From contig WJOY01000027.1 of assembly GCA_009619075.1 (NCBI GenBank), forward strand, positions 662-64,661: a stretch of DNA of 64,000 bases, read 5' to 3'. Under the pieces are notes generated by a model. That model saw only the letters and a program-made list of their open reading frames with translations, was not told the DNA's origin and ran no database searches. The translations under genes and the position numbers were made by a program. Positions 19,049 through 29,211 of this stretch are shown here, in pieces; within the stretch, counting starts at the first letter, position 1; the number at the start of each line of letters is the position of its first letter. Origin of the DNA: Dehalococcoidia bacterium. GTDB taxonomy: Bacteria > Chloroflexota > Dehalococcoidia > GIF9 > AB-539-J10.

Positions 19049-22000
19049 GTGTTCCGCAAAGTAAGTAGTAAGGTAAATTTTCCTCGAATGGAGCAAGACA
19101 TTCTTCGTTTTTGGAAGGAGCAGGGCATTTCTGACAAAAGCATCGAGGCAAGAAGAGGGAACCAGCATTATGTTTTCTACGAAGGTCCGCCTACAGCTAA
19201 TGGCAGTCCTGGGATTCATCATGTGCTATCCCGGTTATTTAAGGACATCATTTGTCGCTACAAGACAATGAAAGGGTATCATGTGCCACGTAAGGCAGGG
19301 TGGGATACCCATGGATTGCCTGTAGAACTGGAAGTAGAGAGTTCTCTTGGTTTCAGCAACAAGGCTCAAATTGAGCAATATGGGGTGGCTCAGTTCAACC
19401 AGAAGTGTCGGGAAAGTGTCTTTAACTACATTAAGGAATGGGAAGCCATGACTGAGCGCATTGGTCATTGGCTGGATATGAAGCATCCCTATATAACTTT
19501 GGACAATGGCTATATTGAGTCTTGCTGGTGGATAGTGAAAAAACTATGGGACAAAGGCTTGATTTATCAGGGCTATAAGGTAACGCCGCATTGTCCTAGA
19601 TGTGGCACCTCACTTAGCTCTCATGAGGTGGCTCTGGGTTACCGAGATGATGCTGAGGATCCTTCAGTTTACATAAAGTTCAAACTCTTCATCCCTTCAT
19701 TATTGAAGCGAGATTCAGTTCTTCGCTCTATTCTTAAGCCCGCGGCTTTAAGTGAGAAGCCTGCTTACTTTCTTGCCTGGACAACTACCCCTTGGACTTT
19801 GCCTGGCAACACTGCCTTAGCAGTAGCTCCTGGCGCTGAATATAGTGTGATGGAAGGGGAGCAGGATTATCTTATTCTAGCTATGCAGCTTACGGGGCGA
19901 GTTAAGTTGGAGGGCTATAAGGAAGCGGGCGTTATATTAGGTGAAGACCTCGCCCACCTTCAATATGAGCCTTTGTTTAATCCCCATGATTTTGGTGTGC
20001 ACCGTGTGAGCTTGCCTTCCCTGTATGTGCAGGAAGCCAGGAAGGATTTAACCTACCCAGTAATCAGCGCCGATTTTGTCTCCCTGGAGGAAGGCACAGG
20101 CATTGTCCATATTGCTCCCGCTTTTGGGGAGGTTGACTTCGATGCGGGAATGGATAGGGGGCTTGATTTCGTTCAACCGGTGGACTTAGAGGGAAAAGTG
20201 ACTGGCACTTATCTCTTTGCTGGTAAGTTTGTTAAGGATGCTGATCCTCTTATTCTCGACGATCTTAAATCACATGACTTACTCTACCTCAGTGAGAGAA
20301 TTATTCATACTTATCCCTTTTGCTGGAGATGTGAGACAGCACTTCTCTACTATGCTAAAAAGGCGTGGTATATCAGAACAACAGCAGCGAAGGATAGGCT
20401 TATTTCTGGCAATGCAGAGATAAACTGGTATCCCAGCCATATTAAGTATGGTCGTTTTGGTGATTGGCTGGAGAACAATGTCGATTGGGCCTTCTCCAGA
20501 GAGCGCTATTGGGGGACTCCACTTAATATTTGGTGTTGTTCTTCCTGTGGCAACTATGAATGTGTAGGTAGCGTTGATGAACTGAAAGCAATGCCTAATC
20601 TTAGAGGCTTAGATGAGCCTTTAGATTTGCATCGTCCCTTTGTTGACAGGATAACCTTTAATTGCTCTCGGTGCGGTGGTGATATGCGGCGTATTCCGGA
20701 GGTAATTGATTGCTGGTTTGATTCCGGAGCTATGCCTATTGCCCAGTGGCATTATCCCTTTGAAAATAGGGACAAGTTTGAGCAAAACTTCCCCGCTGAT
20801 TTTATTTGCGAGGCTGTTGACCAAACCCGAGGTTGGTTTTATAGCTTACATGCTATATCCACCTTGCTCTTTGAGCAGCCTTGCTTTAAGAATGTTATCT
20901 GCTTGGGACATGTTGTTGATGCCCAGGGTGAGAAGATGAGCAAGGCCAAGGGCAATGTAATTGATCCCTGGGCAGTGGTTAATGATTATGGCGCTGATGT
21001 CCTCAGGTGGTATTTGTTAGCTTCTGGGCCAGCGGAAAATATTCATCGCTTCTCTATTCAAATGGTTGCCGAGACCATGCGGAAAGTTTTGCTTACTTTA
21101 TGGAATACTTATTCCTTTTTTGTCCTCTATGCTAACATTGACCGTTTTGTTCCTCAGCCCTCAGTCCCAGCTATCTTTGCTGAGCTGGATAATTGGATTA
21201 TCTCGGAGCTTAATCGGCTTGTAGCCGAGGTAACTAAGGCGATGGATAGCTATGAGCCCACATCGGCGGCGAGGTATATTCAGAGCTTTATTGACGATCT
21301 TTCCAATTGGTATGTGAGACGAAGTCGGCGCCGATTCTGGAAAAGCGAGAACGATGCCGACAAGTTAGCAGCCTATACTACGCTGTATCAATGTCTGGTG
21401 ACCTTGTCTCAGCTTTTGGCCCCTTTCATACCGTTTATTAGTGAGGAGCTTTATCAAAATTTAGTTTGCTCTATTAATCCTGAAGCCAAAGAGAGCGTGC
21501 ACCTGACTGATTTCCCTGTAGCTGATAAAGCTAAAATCAATGATAAGCTAGATAGCGATGTCAGGTTAGCCATGAAAATAGCAAGCTTGGGTAGGGCAGC
21601 ACGGGCAAAGGTAGGGATTAAAGTGCGCCAGCCTTTAGCAAAAGCCATGGTCAAGGTGGAATCTGAAGAGGAAGGTGAAGCTTTAGGCAAGTTAGCCACT
21701 GAAATAGAAGAAGAGATAAATGTCAAGGAACTCGTCATTCTGAGCCCTTCGCTTCCTGTCATCCCGAGCGAAGCGAAGAATCTTGAAGAATTTTCTTTAG
21801 ACCTGCCTGGCTATAGCATAGCTAGCGATGGTAGGTATACGGTAGCTATAAGCACTGAATTGACCCCTGAACTGGCTGCGGAGGGGATAAGTAGAGAGAT
21901 TGTGCGCCGTCTTCAGAATATGCGCCGTGCGGCTAATTTCGATGTTGCTGACTATATCACCAGTTATTATCAGGCAGAAGAATCAATTGAGCGAGTAATA

Positions 22001-22162
22001 GCCGCTTTTGGTGATTATATTAAGCTGGAGACATTATCTCGGGAACTTATCGCTGGTTTCCCTCCCAATGGGGCTTATACCGAGAAATATCGCATCTCAA
22101 ATAGCGATGTTTTATTAGCAATTAAGCGAAGCCCTGAACGAAGTGAAGGAAGTGCGAGCTAA
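19049..22162 (+). CDS. ileS: isoleucine--tRNA ligase
   Basis: 1037 aa with a class I signature PTANGSPGIHHV, KMSKAKGN and a zinc-ribbon CPRCGT. It contains an in-frame repeat element at 21734-21783 and a repeat-derived tail. Confidence 0.95.
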   Translation: MFRKVSSKVNFPRMEQDILRFWKEQGISDKSIEARRGNQHYVFYEGPPTANGSPGIHHVLSRLFKDIICRYKTMKGYHVPRKAGWDTHGLPVELEVESSLGFSNKAQIEQYGVAQFNQKCRESVFNYIKEWEAMTERIGHWLDMKHPYITLDNGYIESCWWIVKKLWDKGLIYQGYKVTPHCPRCGTSLSSHEVALGYRDDAEDPSVYIKFKLFIPSLLKRDSVLRSILKPAALSEKPAYFLAWTTTPWTLPGNTALAVAPGAEYSVMEGEQDYLILAMQLTGRVKLEGYKEAGVILGEDLAHLQYEPLFNPHDFGVHRVSLPSLYVQEARKDLTYPVISADFVSLEEGTGIVHIAPAFGEVDFDAGMDRGLDFVQPVDLEGKVTGTYLFAGKFVKDADPLILDDLKSHDLLYLSERIIHTYPFCWRCETALLYYAKKAWYIRTTAAKDRLISGNAEINWYPSHIKYGRFGDWLENNVDWAFSRERYWGTPLNIWCCSSCGNYECVGSVDELKAMPNLRGLDEPLDLHRPFVDRITFNCSRCGGDMRRIPEVIDCWFDSGAMPIAQWHYPFENRDKFEQNFPADFICEAVDQTRGWFYSLHAISTLLFEQPCFKNVICLGHVVDAQGEKMSKAKGNVIDPWAVVNDYGADVLRWYLLASGPAENIHRFSIQMVAETMRKVLLTLWNTYSFFVLYANIDRFVPQPSVPAIFAELDNWIISELNRLVAEVTKAMDSYEPTSAARYIQSFIDDLSNWYVRRSRRRFWKSENDADKLAAYTTLYQCLVTLSQLLAPFIPFISEELYQNLVCSINPEAKESVHLTDFPVADKAKINDKLDSDVRLAMKIASLGRAARAKVGIKVRQPLAKAMVKVESEEEGEALGKLATEIEEEINVKELVILSPSLPVIPSEAKNLEEFSLDLPGYSIASDGRYTVAISTELTPELAAEGISREIVRRLQNMRRAANFDVADYITSYYQAEESIERVIAAFGDYIKLETLSRELIAGFPPNGAYTEKYRISNSDVLLAIKRSPERSEGSAS
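21734..21783. repeat. GTCATTCTGAGC-family element inside the ileS reading frame
   Basis: The sequence is GTCATTCTGAGCCCTTCGCTTCCTGTCATCCCGAGCGAAGCGAAGAATCT. A 9 bp stem forms between CTTCGCTTC (21747-21755) and GAAGCGAAG (21770-21778). It translates as VILSPSLPVIPSEAKNL. Confidence 0.8.
22125..22159. repeat. AGCGAAG-type repeat word forming the 3' end of ileS
   Basis: AGCGAAGCCCTGAACGAAGTGAAGGAAGTGCGAGC encodes the last residues, RSPERSEGSAS. Confidence 0.6.
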
Positions 22163-23298
22163 CTCCAGGGTGGTGGGCTTTCTTGTAGTTGTGCCCAAGT
22201 AGTTTTGGTGTCTTTGCCTTGGACAAAGGTTATTTCGACCCTCTGGCCAATTTGGCAGTCATGGATAGCTAGGATAAGGTCATCTGCATTAATTATTTCC
22301 TTGTCTTGAAACCAAATGATGACGTCTCCCTCTTTTAGTCCAGCAACATCGGCAGGACTATCTGCAACTGCCTCTACAATAAGTGCCCCTTTGTTAACGG
22401 AAAGATTGTTCACTGCAGCTACAAAAGAGTCCACGGTGTATAATCCCACTCCTAGCCAAGGGCGGGTGACATAACCCTGGTGGATTAAAGCTTGGATAAT
22501 GGCCCCGGCTTCGTTGATGCTTATGGCATAGCCCATGCCTTCTACTCCAACTGCAGCCACCTTAACGCTGGTTATACCCACCACTTCGCCTGATATATTT
22601 ACCAATGGTCCACCGCTGTTGCCTGGATTGATAGGCGCATCAGTCTGGATTAAACCACGAAGGGTATTCCCCGAAACGGCAACTGAGACATTCAGGCGGC
22701 TGACAATACCGTGGGTCGCTGTTATCCCCTCTCCTAAAGCATTGCCGATAGCCACTACCCAATCACCTACAGCAAGCAGGTCCGAATCGCCCAAGTAAGC
22801 ATAAGGCAAATCTGTTGCCTCTATCTTCAACAGTGCCAAATCAGTTAAAGCATCAGTGCCTACTATGTTAGCCGGAAAAGTTCTGCCATCAGCTAATTCC
22901 ACTTGTACCTTTTCGGCATTTTGCACCACATGGTTGTTGGTAACAATATACCCTTCATATCCCTCTTCACTACGAATTAGGAATCCAGAGCCAGCGGCAG
23001 ACTGCGCATACTCTCGCTGAAAAATATCATAAACTACCATCTTGGTGGTGACAGAGACCACAGAGGGCATTGCCTCGCTAACGACACTGCGGATATCGGG
23101 CAGTGGCTGAGCTGTTTGGCTGCTCCCTGAGGGAAATGTCCAATCAGGGTTAGTGTATTCACTCGAGTTAGCGGGTGGAGATGGAGTGGGTGGAGACTGA
23201 GCGGGTGACCATGGTAAGGGTATGGAACATCCGCTAGCACCCAAGATTAGGCTTATCAATATTAATGCTATAAAAATATGGTTAATCTTCTTTAGCAT
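22159..23298 (-). CDS. htrA: HtrA/DegP-family serine protease with PDZ domain
   Basis: 379 aa with an N-terminal signal/anchor. The catalytic triad context is TNNHVV, DLALLK and GNSGGPL, and a C-terminal PDZ domain is present. Confidence 0.9.
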   Translation of the reverse strand: MLKKINHIFIALILISLILGASGCSIPLPWSPAQSPPTPSPPANSSEYTNPDWTFPSGSSQTAQPLPDIRSVVSEAMPSVVSVTTKMVVYDIFQREYAQSAAGSGFLIRSEEGYEGYIVTNNHVVQNAEKVQVELADGRTFPANIVGTDALTDLALLKIEATDLPYAYLGDSDLLAVGDWVVAIGNALGEGITATHGIVSRLNVSVAVSGNTLRGLIQTDAPINPGNSGGPLVNISGEVVGITSVKVAAVGVEGMGYAISINEAGAIIQALIHQGYVTRPWLGVGLYTVDSFVAAVNNLSVNKGALIVEAVADSPADVAGLKEGDVIIWFQDKEIINADDLILAIHDCQIGQRVEITFVQGKDTKTTWAQLQESPPPWS

Positions 23299-23388
23299 CT
23301 TGCGCTGTGATTTATTATAGCAACTACTATCCTTGTGGTAAAAATTTTGTATCGGGGTTCATAGTTAGCGTGACTTAATTTACTACTG

Positions 23389-23739
23389 ATGGTATACTAT
23401 AAAGCGATGGCTCAATCTCATCTAGAGCAGCTACTAAGAGGTGTAGTAGAGCCTTTAATGCTCTTTATTATTGGCGAGTTGCCTATGCATGGTTATCGCA
23501 TTGCCAAGGAACTAGAGAAAAGAAGCAGTGGCTATTTTAAGCTTACGGAAAGCACCGTTTATTCTGCCTTGCGCCGTTTGGAGAGGGAGGGGTTGGTGTT
23601 AAGCTCGTGGCAACTGGTAGCCAAGAAACAGAAGCGGCGATGCTATGAGCTAACTGAGAAGGGGCGTCAAATTCTGGCTAAGAAATTAGCTGAGTGGCAA
23701 AGATTCTCTAATGCTACCAGCAAGGTTATAAGTTATTAG
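23389..23739 (+). CDS. PadR-family transcriptional regulator
   Basis: 116 aa winged-helix protein with MHGYRIAKELE and YSALRRLEREGLV. The true start may be the ATG at 23407. Confidence 0.85.
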   Translation: MVYYKAMAQSHLEQLLRGVVEPLMLFIIGELPMHGYRIAKELEKRSSGYFKLTESTVYSALRRLEREGLVLSSWQLVAKKQKRRCYELTEKGRQILAKKLAEWQRFSNATSKVISY

Positions 23740-23744
23740 CTAAA

Positions 23745-24518
23745 GTGGAAGTGCACATTCTGGGTGCCCATAATATTGAAACTAAGAAAACGCGCCTCAC
23801 CTCTTTGCTAATCGATGGATGTCTAGCTATAGATGCTGGTGGACTTACCTCCACTCTTTCCTTATCACAGCAAGAAAAAATCAAAACAGTGTTGCTCACT
23901 CACCATCATTTTGACCATATTCGGGATTTGCTTACTCTAGGTTTCAACACTGCCCTATGGAAAGGTCAAATTGAGGTTTATGCCTTGCGTTATACTCTTG
24001 ATGTTATCATTCCTTGCCTTCTTGATGGCAAAATATATGTCAACCTCCTTGAATCTCCATCTACAGAGAAGCCGCTTATAAGGCTCAATACTATTAAGCC
24101 TTATAAAAAAGAAGTTATTGCTGGATATGAGGTTTTACCGCTGCCGGTAAAACATAGCGTGCCCACAGTAGGTTATCAGATCACCTCTTCGCAGAGCAGA
24201 AGCCTATTTTATACCGGTGATACAGGTCCGGGGCTAACTGATTGCTGGCAGCATGTTTCCCCTAAACTACTTATTACTGAGGTTACGGCACCCAATGAAT
24301 TTAGTGGTGAGCTTACAAGAAGCGGCCATCTTTCCCCGCAGTCTCTAAAAGAGGAGCTTACTCAGTTTCGCCAGCTCAAGGGATATTTACCACGAGTCAT
24401 CATCATTCATATTGCGCCTCCATATGAGCAGAAGGTGAAAGAAGAAGTAGCCCAGGTAGCTGAAGAGCTGAGAGCAGACATAAGCTTGGGCTATGAAGGC
24501 CTGAAGGTTACCTTGTAA
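23745..24518 (+). CDS. MBL-fold metallo-hydrolase
   Basis: 257 aa with a GTG start and the HHHFDH metal motif. Confidence 0.8.
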   Translation: MEVHILGAHNIETKKTRLTSLLIDGCLAIDAGGLTSTLSLSQQEKIKTVLLTHHHFDHIRDLLTLGFNTALWKGQIEVYALRYTLDVIIPCLLDGKIYVNLLESPSTEKPLIRLNTIKPYKKEVIAGYEVLPLPVKHSVPTVGYQITSSQSRSLFYTGDTGPGLTDCWQHVSPKLLITEVTAPNEFSGELTRSGHLSPQSLKEELTQFRQLKGYLPRVIIIHIAPPYEQKVKEEVAQVAEELRADISLGYEGLKVTL

Positions 24519-25540
24519 TTAGGGAGTTTGCTTATAATCGTAGCTAGATCTGACCTTGAAGCTCCAATTAAGTCAATTTCGACAGTGTGTTTTGTTTTTG
24601 CTATTGCCTTGCTTACCTGTTGTGCTTGGCTATTCCCATGCATTAAATGAACAACTCCATTAACTCCCCACAGCAGACCTCCGTCGTCGCTTTCATCCTT
24701 CGTCATTTTGGTAAACGAACTCATCTGGTCAAGCAATTTCTTAACCGAACCAGCTAATGGCAAACTACCTAACCTGCCTTTTAGCCACCTGACAATATAA
24801 TGCCCTAAGCTTTCATAAAACTTCATTAGTATGTTGCCTACGATGCCATCACAGACAATGACGTTAGCCCGCTCACTGAGAACATCATTGCCTTCTATGG
24901 TGCCAATAAAATCCAAACCACTATCTCTAAGGAGTGAATAGCTCTCCTGAATCAACTTGTTGCCTTTACCCTCTTCTTGCCCAATGCTTAGGAGAGCTAC
25001 CCTGGGTTGGTTAATATTAAGTAATCTCTTGGCATAGACAGAACCTATGACTGCGAAGGAAAGCAAGTGATGTGGCTTACAATCGATATTAGCTCCACCA
25101 TCTACAAGCACTGTGTTGGGAGCAAAACCAACAAGAGGTACGCAGAGTACGGGGCGTTCTATTCCTGGCATCAGGCCGAGGGACCTAATAGCACTAACAG
25201 ATGCTGCTCCAGTAGGGCCAGCGCTGATTATAGCATCTGCCTCTCCTGTTCTTACCAGCTCTATTGCCACCGCTACAGAGGCATTAGGCTTGCGATGAAT
25301 GGCGAAAGCTGGGTGCTCGCCTTCTTTGACGACTTCGTCAGCCCTAACACAACTAATAGGGAGATAAGAAACTTCGTACTTGGCTAGCTCTCTTTTCAAG
25401 ATATCTACTGGCCCAACCAGTATGATTCCTACATCTCCCTTTCTGGCAGCCGTAACTGTCCCTTTGATTATCTCCTCAGGGGCGTAATCACCCCCCATAG
25501 TATCCACTGCTATCCTTACTGCTTTACTAGTGGTTGACAT
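24491..25540 (-). CDS. plsX: phosphate acyltransferase PlsX
   Basis: 349 aa with blocks IAVDTMGGDYAP, GPTGA and VDGGAN. Confidence 0.9.
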   Translation of the reverse strand: MSTTSKAVRIAVDTMGGDYAPEEIIKGTVTAARKGDVGIILVGPVDILKRELAKYEVSYLPISCVRADEVVKEGEHPAFAIHRKPNASVAVAIELVRTGEADAIISAGPTGAASVSAIRSLGLMPGIERPVLCVPLVGFAPNTVLVDGGANIDCKPHHLLSFAVIGSVYAKRLLNINQPRVALLSIGQEEGKGNKLIQESYSLLRDSGLDFIGTIEGNDVLSERANVIVCDGIVGNILMKFYESLGHYIVRWLKGRLGSLPLAGSVKKLLDQMSSFTKMTKDESDDGGLLWGVNGVVHLMHGNSQAQQVSKAIAKTKHTVEIDLIGASRSDLATIISKLPNYKVTFRPS

Positions 25541-25788
25541 AAAAATATATAGCTCCTTTGCAATTCCAAGACTATGGCAAGAACTCGGCTACTGCTTCAG
25601 CTATAAATGTTTTCCTCCTCTTTTTGTAGCCGTTGGTAGAATATTATACACCCTCTTTACAAATTTAGGAGAGGCAATAAAGCATATCGAAGAAATTTTT
25701 ATTGAACGCAGCGAACTCAACATTTGCAAGAGCATTCCGCCGGTTGATTAATTCTATTTGCCTTGATTTTGTTGTAACTATGTTGATG

Positions 25789-25824
25789 ATTGGTGCCATA
25801 GCAGTTAATTGCTATGGCACCAAT
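25789..25824. terminator. 15 bp perfect hairpin downstream of trpB2
   Basis: ATTGGTGCCATAGCA, loop GTTAAT, then TGCTATGGCACCAAT. There is no clear U-tract on the minus strand, so function is uncertain. Confidence 0.35.
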
Positions 25825-25832
25825 AGTTTACT

Positions 25833-27197
25833 TTAGCCTACTTTCGGCAGCTGAGCCAGAGCCTCCTTTATCTTCTCGTCAGGATACTCGTAGTCCTCGA
25901 GTTTGCCAGAAAGATAGGCATCGTAGGCAGCCATATCAACATGTCCATGTCCGCTATGAGCTAGCAGGATGGTCTTTGACTCACCAGCCTCCCTGCACTT
26001 CAGGGCTTCGTCAATGACTACCTTGATGGCGTGGTTTGGCTCTGGGGCGCTGATGATGCCCTCAGTGCGGGCGAAGGTTATGCCAGCCTGGAAGGTGGCA
26101 AGCTGATGTTCAGCTCTGGCTTCAACTAAGCCTAGTCTCAGAAGGTGGCATATGATTGGTGCCATCCCATGATAGCGTAAGCCACCAGCGTGAATTGGAG
26201 GTGGAATAAAGCCATGTCCCAGGGTAAACATCTTGATTAGGGGGGTGAGGCCAGCTTCATCGCCAAAGTCATAGGCATAGGGCCCCTTGGTAGTGGTAGG
26301 GCAGCTTGCCGGCTCTACATTGATGATGCGCAGGTCTGGTTTTATCCCGTCAATTTTGTCTTTTACAAAGGGCAAAAACAGGCCGGCGAAGTTTGAGCCA
26401 CCGCCGATGCAGCCCACGATAATGTCCGGATAGGCATCTACCTTCTCCATCAGCCTTTTTGCTTCTAGGCCATTAACGGTTTGATGCAGTAGGACATGGT
26501 TAAGCACGCTGCCTAAGGCATAGTGAGTATCATCGCGAGAGACGGCATCCTCTACTGCCTCACTGATAGCCAGCCCCAGGCTACCGGGACAATCAGGGTC
26601 TTTTGCCAGCATAGCTCGTCCTGCCTTGGTATCCGAACTGGGACTGGGGATACATTTAGCTCCCCAGGTCTCCATCATGATGCGGCGATATGGCTTTTGG
26701 TTGTAACTAATCCTGACCATGTAGACCTTGCACTCCAGACCAAAGGTAGCACAGCCAAAGGAGAGAGCGCTGCCCCATTGACCAGCTCCAGTCTCGGTGG
26801 TGATACGCTTGGCTCCTTCTATCTTGCTATAGTAGGCCTGAGCTACAGCAGTGTTAGGTTTGTGACTCCCAGGAGGACTTGTCCCCTCATATTTATAGAA
26901 AATCTTGGCCGGCGTATCCAGGGCCTTCTCCAACCTATGTGCCCGAAATAGAGTTGTGGGCCTCCATAGCTTATAGATCTCTCGCACCTCCTCAGGGATT
27001 TCAATCCACCTTTCAGTGCTTACCTCTTGCTTGATTAATTCCATAGGGAATAGAGGAGCCAGATCATCGGGGGTTACCGGCTTTCCTGTGCCTGGGTGCA
27101 AAACTGGTGGCAGTGGCTCGGGCAAATCTGCCTGGATGTTATACCAATGAGTAGGTATTTCTTTTTCGTCGAGGGTAAACTTTGTTCTCTTATCCAT
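25833..27197 (-). CDS. trpB: TrpB2-type tryptophan synthase beta chain (stand-alone)
   Basis: 454 aa with the long N-terminal extension typical of TrpB2 and a GGGSNFAG block. No trpA is adjacent. Confidence 0.85.
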   Translation of the reverse strand: MDKRTKFTLDEKEIPTHWYNIQADLPEPLPPVLHPGTGKPVTPDDLAPLFPMELIKQEVSTERWIEIPEEVREIYKLWRPTTLFRAHRLEKALDTPAKIFYKYEGTSPPGSHKPNTAVAQAYYSKIEGAKRITTETGAGQWGSALSFGCATFGLECKVYMVRISYNQKPYRRIMMETWGAKCIPSPSSDTKAGRAMLAKDPDCPGSLGLAISEAVEDAVSRDDTHYALGSVLNHVLLHQTVNGLEAKRLMEKVDAYPDIIVGCIGGGSNFAGLFLPFVKDKIDGIKPDLRIINVEPASCPTTTKGPYAYDFGDEAGLTPLIKMFTLGHGFIPPPIHAGGLRYHGMAPIICHLLRLGLVEARAEHQLATFQAGITFARTEGIISAPEPNHAIKVVIDEALKCREAGESKTILLAHSGHGHVDMAAYDAYLSGKLEDYEYPDEKIKEALAQLPKVG

Positions 27198-27304
27198 TTT
27201 TATCTCCTTTCTTTGTTAATTTGATTGCTTTTTAAGTTTTGCTGTTTCGGCGCCGCTGGCCGGCGCCAGAGCTGCAATGTGATAAACATGGTCAAAACCT
27301 CCTA

Positions 27305-27600
27305 CCAATAAAATAAAAAGCCTCTCGCCTAAGGGGCGAGAGGCTCAACCTTCGCGGTGCCACCCTATTTCGGTCTTACGACCATCTCTCTTTGAGTACA
27401 GCTAAAAATACTAGCGATACCCTGGGCTGTGATAACGCTACCCTTTGCGACAAAGCCTACTAAGTGTAATAGCCTTTCGGTTTGCGGCTCCCAGGTCCAT
27501 TCCAACTTTGCGAAAGTATCGGCTCACACCTAACCCGACTCTCTGAACTCCGCCTCAAGCTGTACTAGTCCTGTTCTCAGCCTTTCCCCTATTTAATTTG
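27305..27600 (-). promoter_or_regulatory. T-box riboswitch leader with a Trp (UGG) specifier
   Basis: On the minus strand, stem I carries CAGAGAGTCGGGTTAGGTGTGAGCCGA. The specifier loop reads GAA-UGG-A (UGG at 27497-27499). The T-box sequence is AAATAGGGTGGCACCGCGAA (about 27351-27370). The terminator is AGCCTCTCGCC-CCTT-GGCGAGAGGCT followed by TTTTTATTTT (27311-27345). Confidence 0.85.
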
Positions 27601-27607
27601 ATGGCTT

Positions 27608-27637
27608 ATTTTTGCACAGGGTGTCTAAATTTGTCAA
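27608..27637 (-). promoter_or_regulatory. candidate sigma-70 promoter for the T-box/trpB2 transcript
   Basis: On the minus strand: TTGACA (27632-27637), an 18 nt spacer, then TGC-AAAAAT (extended -10, 27608-27616). Confidence 0.45.
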
Positions 27638-27954
27638 TAGTGAAATTTGCCCTTAATTGTTGTCACACCTCTAATAGTCAAAGTGTTCGCTGTCGGCATC
27701 AAATTTGCAGCCTAGTTAGGCAACAATTCTGCAGTAATCTGGAACATTTTTTAACTAATTCAAATCAAGGCATCCTTATCCCGGGACAGATAGAGACAGG
27801 GCAATCAGAACAGTGGAAGGTTCTTACTTCAGGAAGCTTTGCTTCCTTTGCTAATTTGACATAATTCATAGCTTGCTCAAGCTTTGCATCTTCTCCAAAT
27901 GTGTTAAAATTGTCTCAGGACAAGGGATTTTTAATATTTAAATAGAGGTGGAAT

Positions 27955-29211
27955 ATGCCCACAATCAAAAATATGTTAGCAAGAAAAGTTTTCGATAGTA
28001 GAGGAGTAGAGACTTTAGAAATTGATATTATTACAGAAAATGGTTTTGGAAGAGTAGCTGCTCCATTTGGTGCACCGGGGAGCAGGGGGAAATTTGAAGT
28101 GCCTGCTTATTCACCAGAAGGACTTAACAAATCAATAGAAATTATTGAGACCGAAATTAAACCAAAAATATTGGGATTATCTTCAACTGACCAAGAGAGA
28201 ATTGATTCAATTTTGAGGGAAATTGATGGTACGAATAATTTTAAACGAATCGGGGGAAATACCTCCTCATCCATATCCTTGGCAGTTGCCAAAGCTGCAG
28301 CTTCAGCATTAAGGATACCTTTATATAAATACCTTGCTTTAAATAATAATTTTACCTATCCATATCCTTTGGGCAACATGATTGGTGGTGGGGCACATGG
28401 TATGGGATCAGCCCCTGACATGCAAGAACATCTTGTGGCTCCTATTGGTGCTCGGAATATTGAAGAGGCAGTAACAGCTAATATTAAGGTTCATGAAAAG
28501 ATAGGTAAAGTTTTGGAAGTGAAGGATTTGAGTTTTGCCGGTGGCATGGATGACGAAAGGGCGTGGGTAGCTAATTTAACAGATGTTGAAGCCTTGGATA
28601 TTATTTATGATGTTTGCCATGAAGCAACAGAAAAAACGGGTATTAGATTTGGAATTGGGCTTGATCTGGCTGCAGACCGACTCTGGAATCCTGAAACAAA
28701 GGAATATGAATATCAGCGTGAAGGCAAAAGTAGGACTACTGAAGAACAAATAAATTTTTTATCTTCATTGATAGAAAGGTATAGTTTATTTTATGTTGAG
28801 GACGCTTTTCACAGTGATGATTATCTTTCGTTTGCAGTCTTAAATAAAAAATATGGAAAACGCTGTTTTATCTGTGCAGATGATCTTTTTGCCAGTAATC
28901 CAGAAAGGACTAAAAGGGGCATAAAGCTTAACTCTGCAAATGCGATGATTTTAAAACCTAATCAGGTTGGAACACTTACCGCTACATTGGAAACTTTTAA
29001 AATCGCTCAAGAAAATAAAGTGAAAGTTGTAGTTTCTCATCGTTCAGGCGAAACATATGATGCATCTATTGCCCATATTGCCGTAGGGTGGCAGTTAAGC
29101 ATGATTAAAACTGGAGTGTTGGGAGGTGAGAGATTAGCAAAATTAAATGAGTTATTGAGAATTAGTGAGGATTATGGCATGGCTGATTTAAGACCTTCCC
29201 CTTATTTTTAA
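27955..29211 (+). CDS. eno: divergent enolase-family protein (phosphopyruvate hydratase-like)
   Basis: 418 aa. Enolase landmarks are retained: N-terminal RKVFDSRGVETLE, metal ligand contexts LDLAAD, YVEDAF and CADDLF, plus ILKPNQVGT, SHRSGET and IKTG. The rest of the sequence is far from the usual bacterial consensus. Confidence 0.7.
   Translation: MPTIKNMLARKVFDSRGVETLEIDIITENGFGRVAAPFGAPGSRGKFEVPAYSPEGLNKSIEIIETEIKPKILGLSSTDQERIDSILREIDGTNNFKRIGGNTSSSISLAVAKAAASALRIPLYKYLALNNNFTYPYPLGNMIGGGAHGMGSAPDMQEHLVAPIGARNIEEAVTANIKVHEKIGKVLEVKDLSFAGGMDDERAWVANLTDVEALDIIYDVCHEATEKTGIRFGIGLDLAADRLWNPETKEYEYQREGKSRTTEEQINFLSSLIERYSLFYVEDAFHSDDYLSFAVLNKKYGKRCFICADDLFASNPERTKRGIKLNSANAMILKPNQVGTLTATLETFKIAQENKVKVVVSHRSGETYDASIAHIAVGWQLSMIKTGVLGGERLAKLNELLRISEDYGMADLRPSPYF

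Noticed and set aside
27598-27864. 88 aa Cys-rich ORF between the T-box leader and the enolase gene.
   Set aside because: It overlaps the minus-strand promoter for the T-box leader, has no SD and has no family resemblance. The region is better explained as a divergent promoter spacer.
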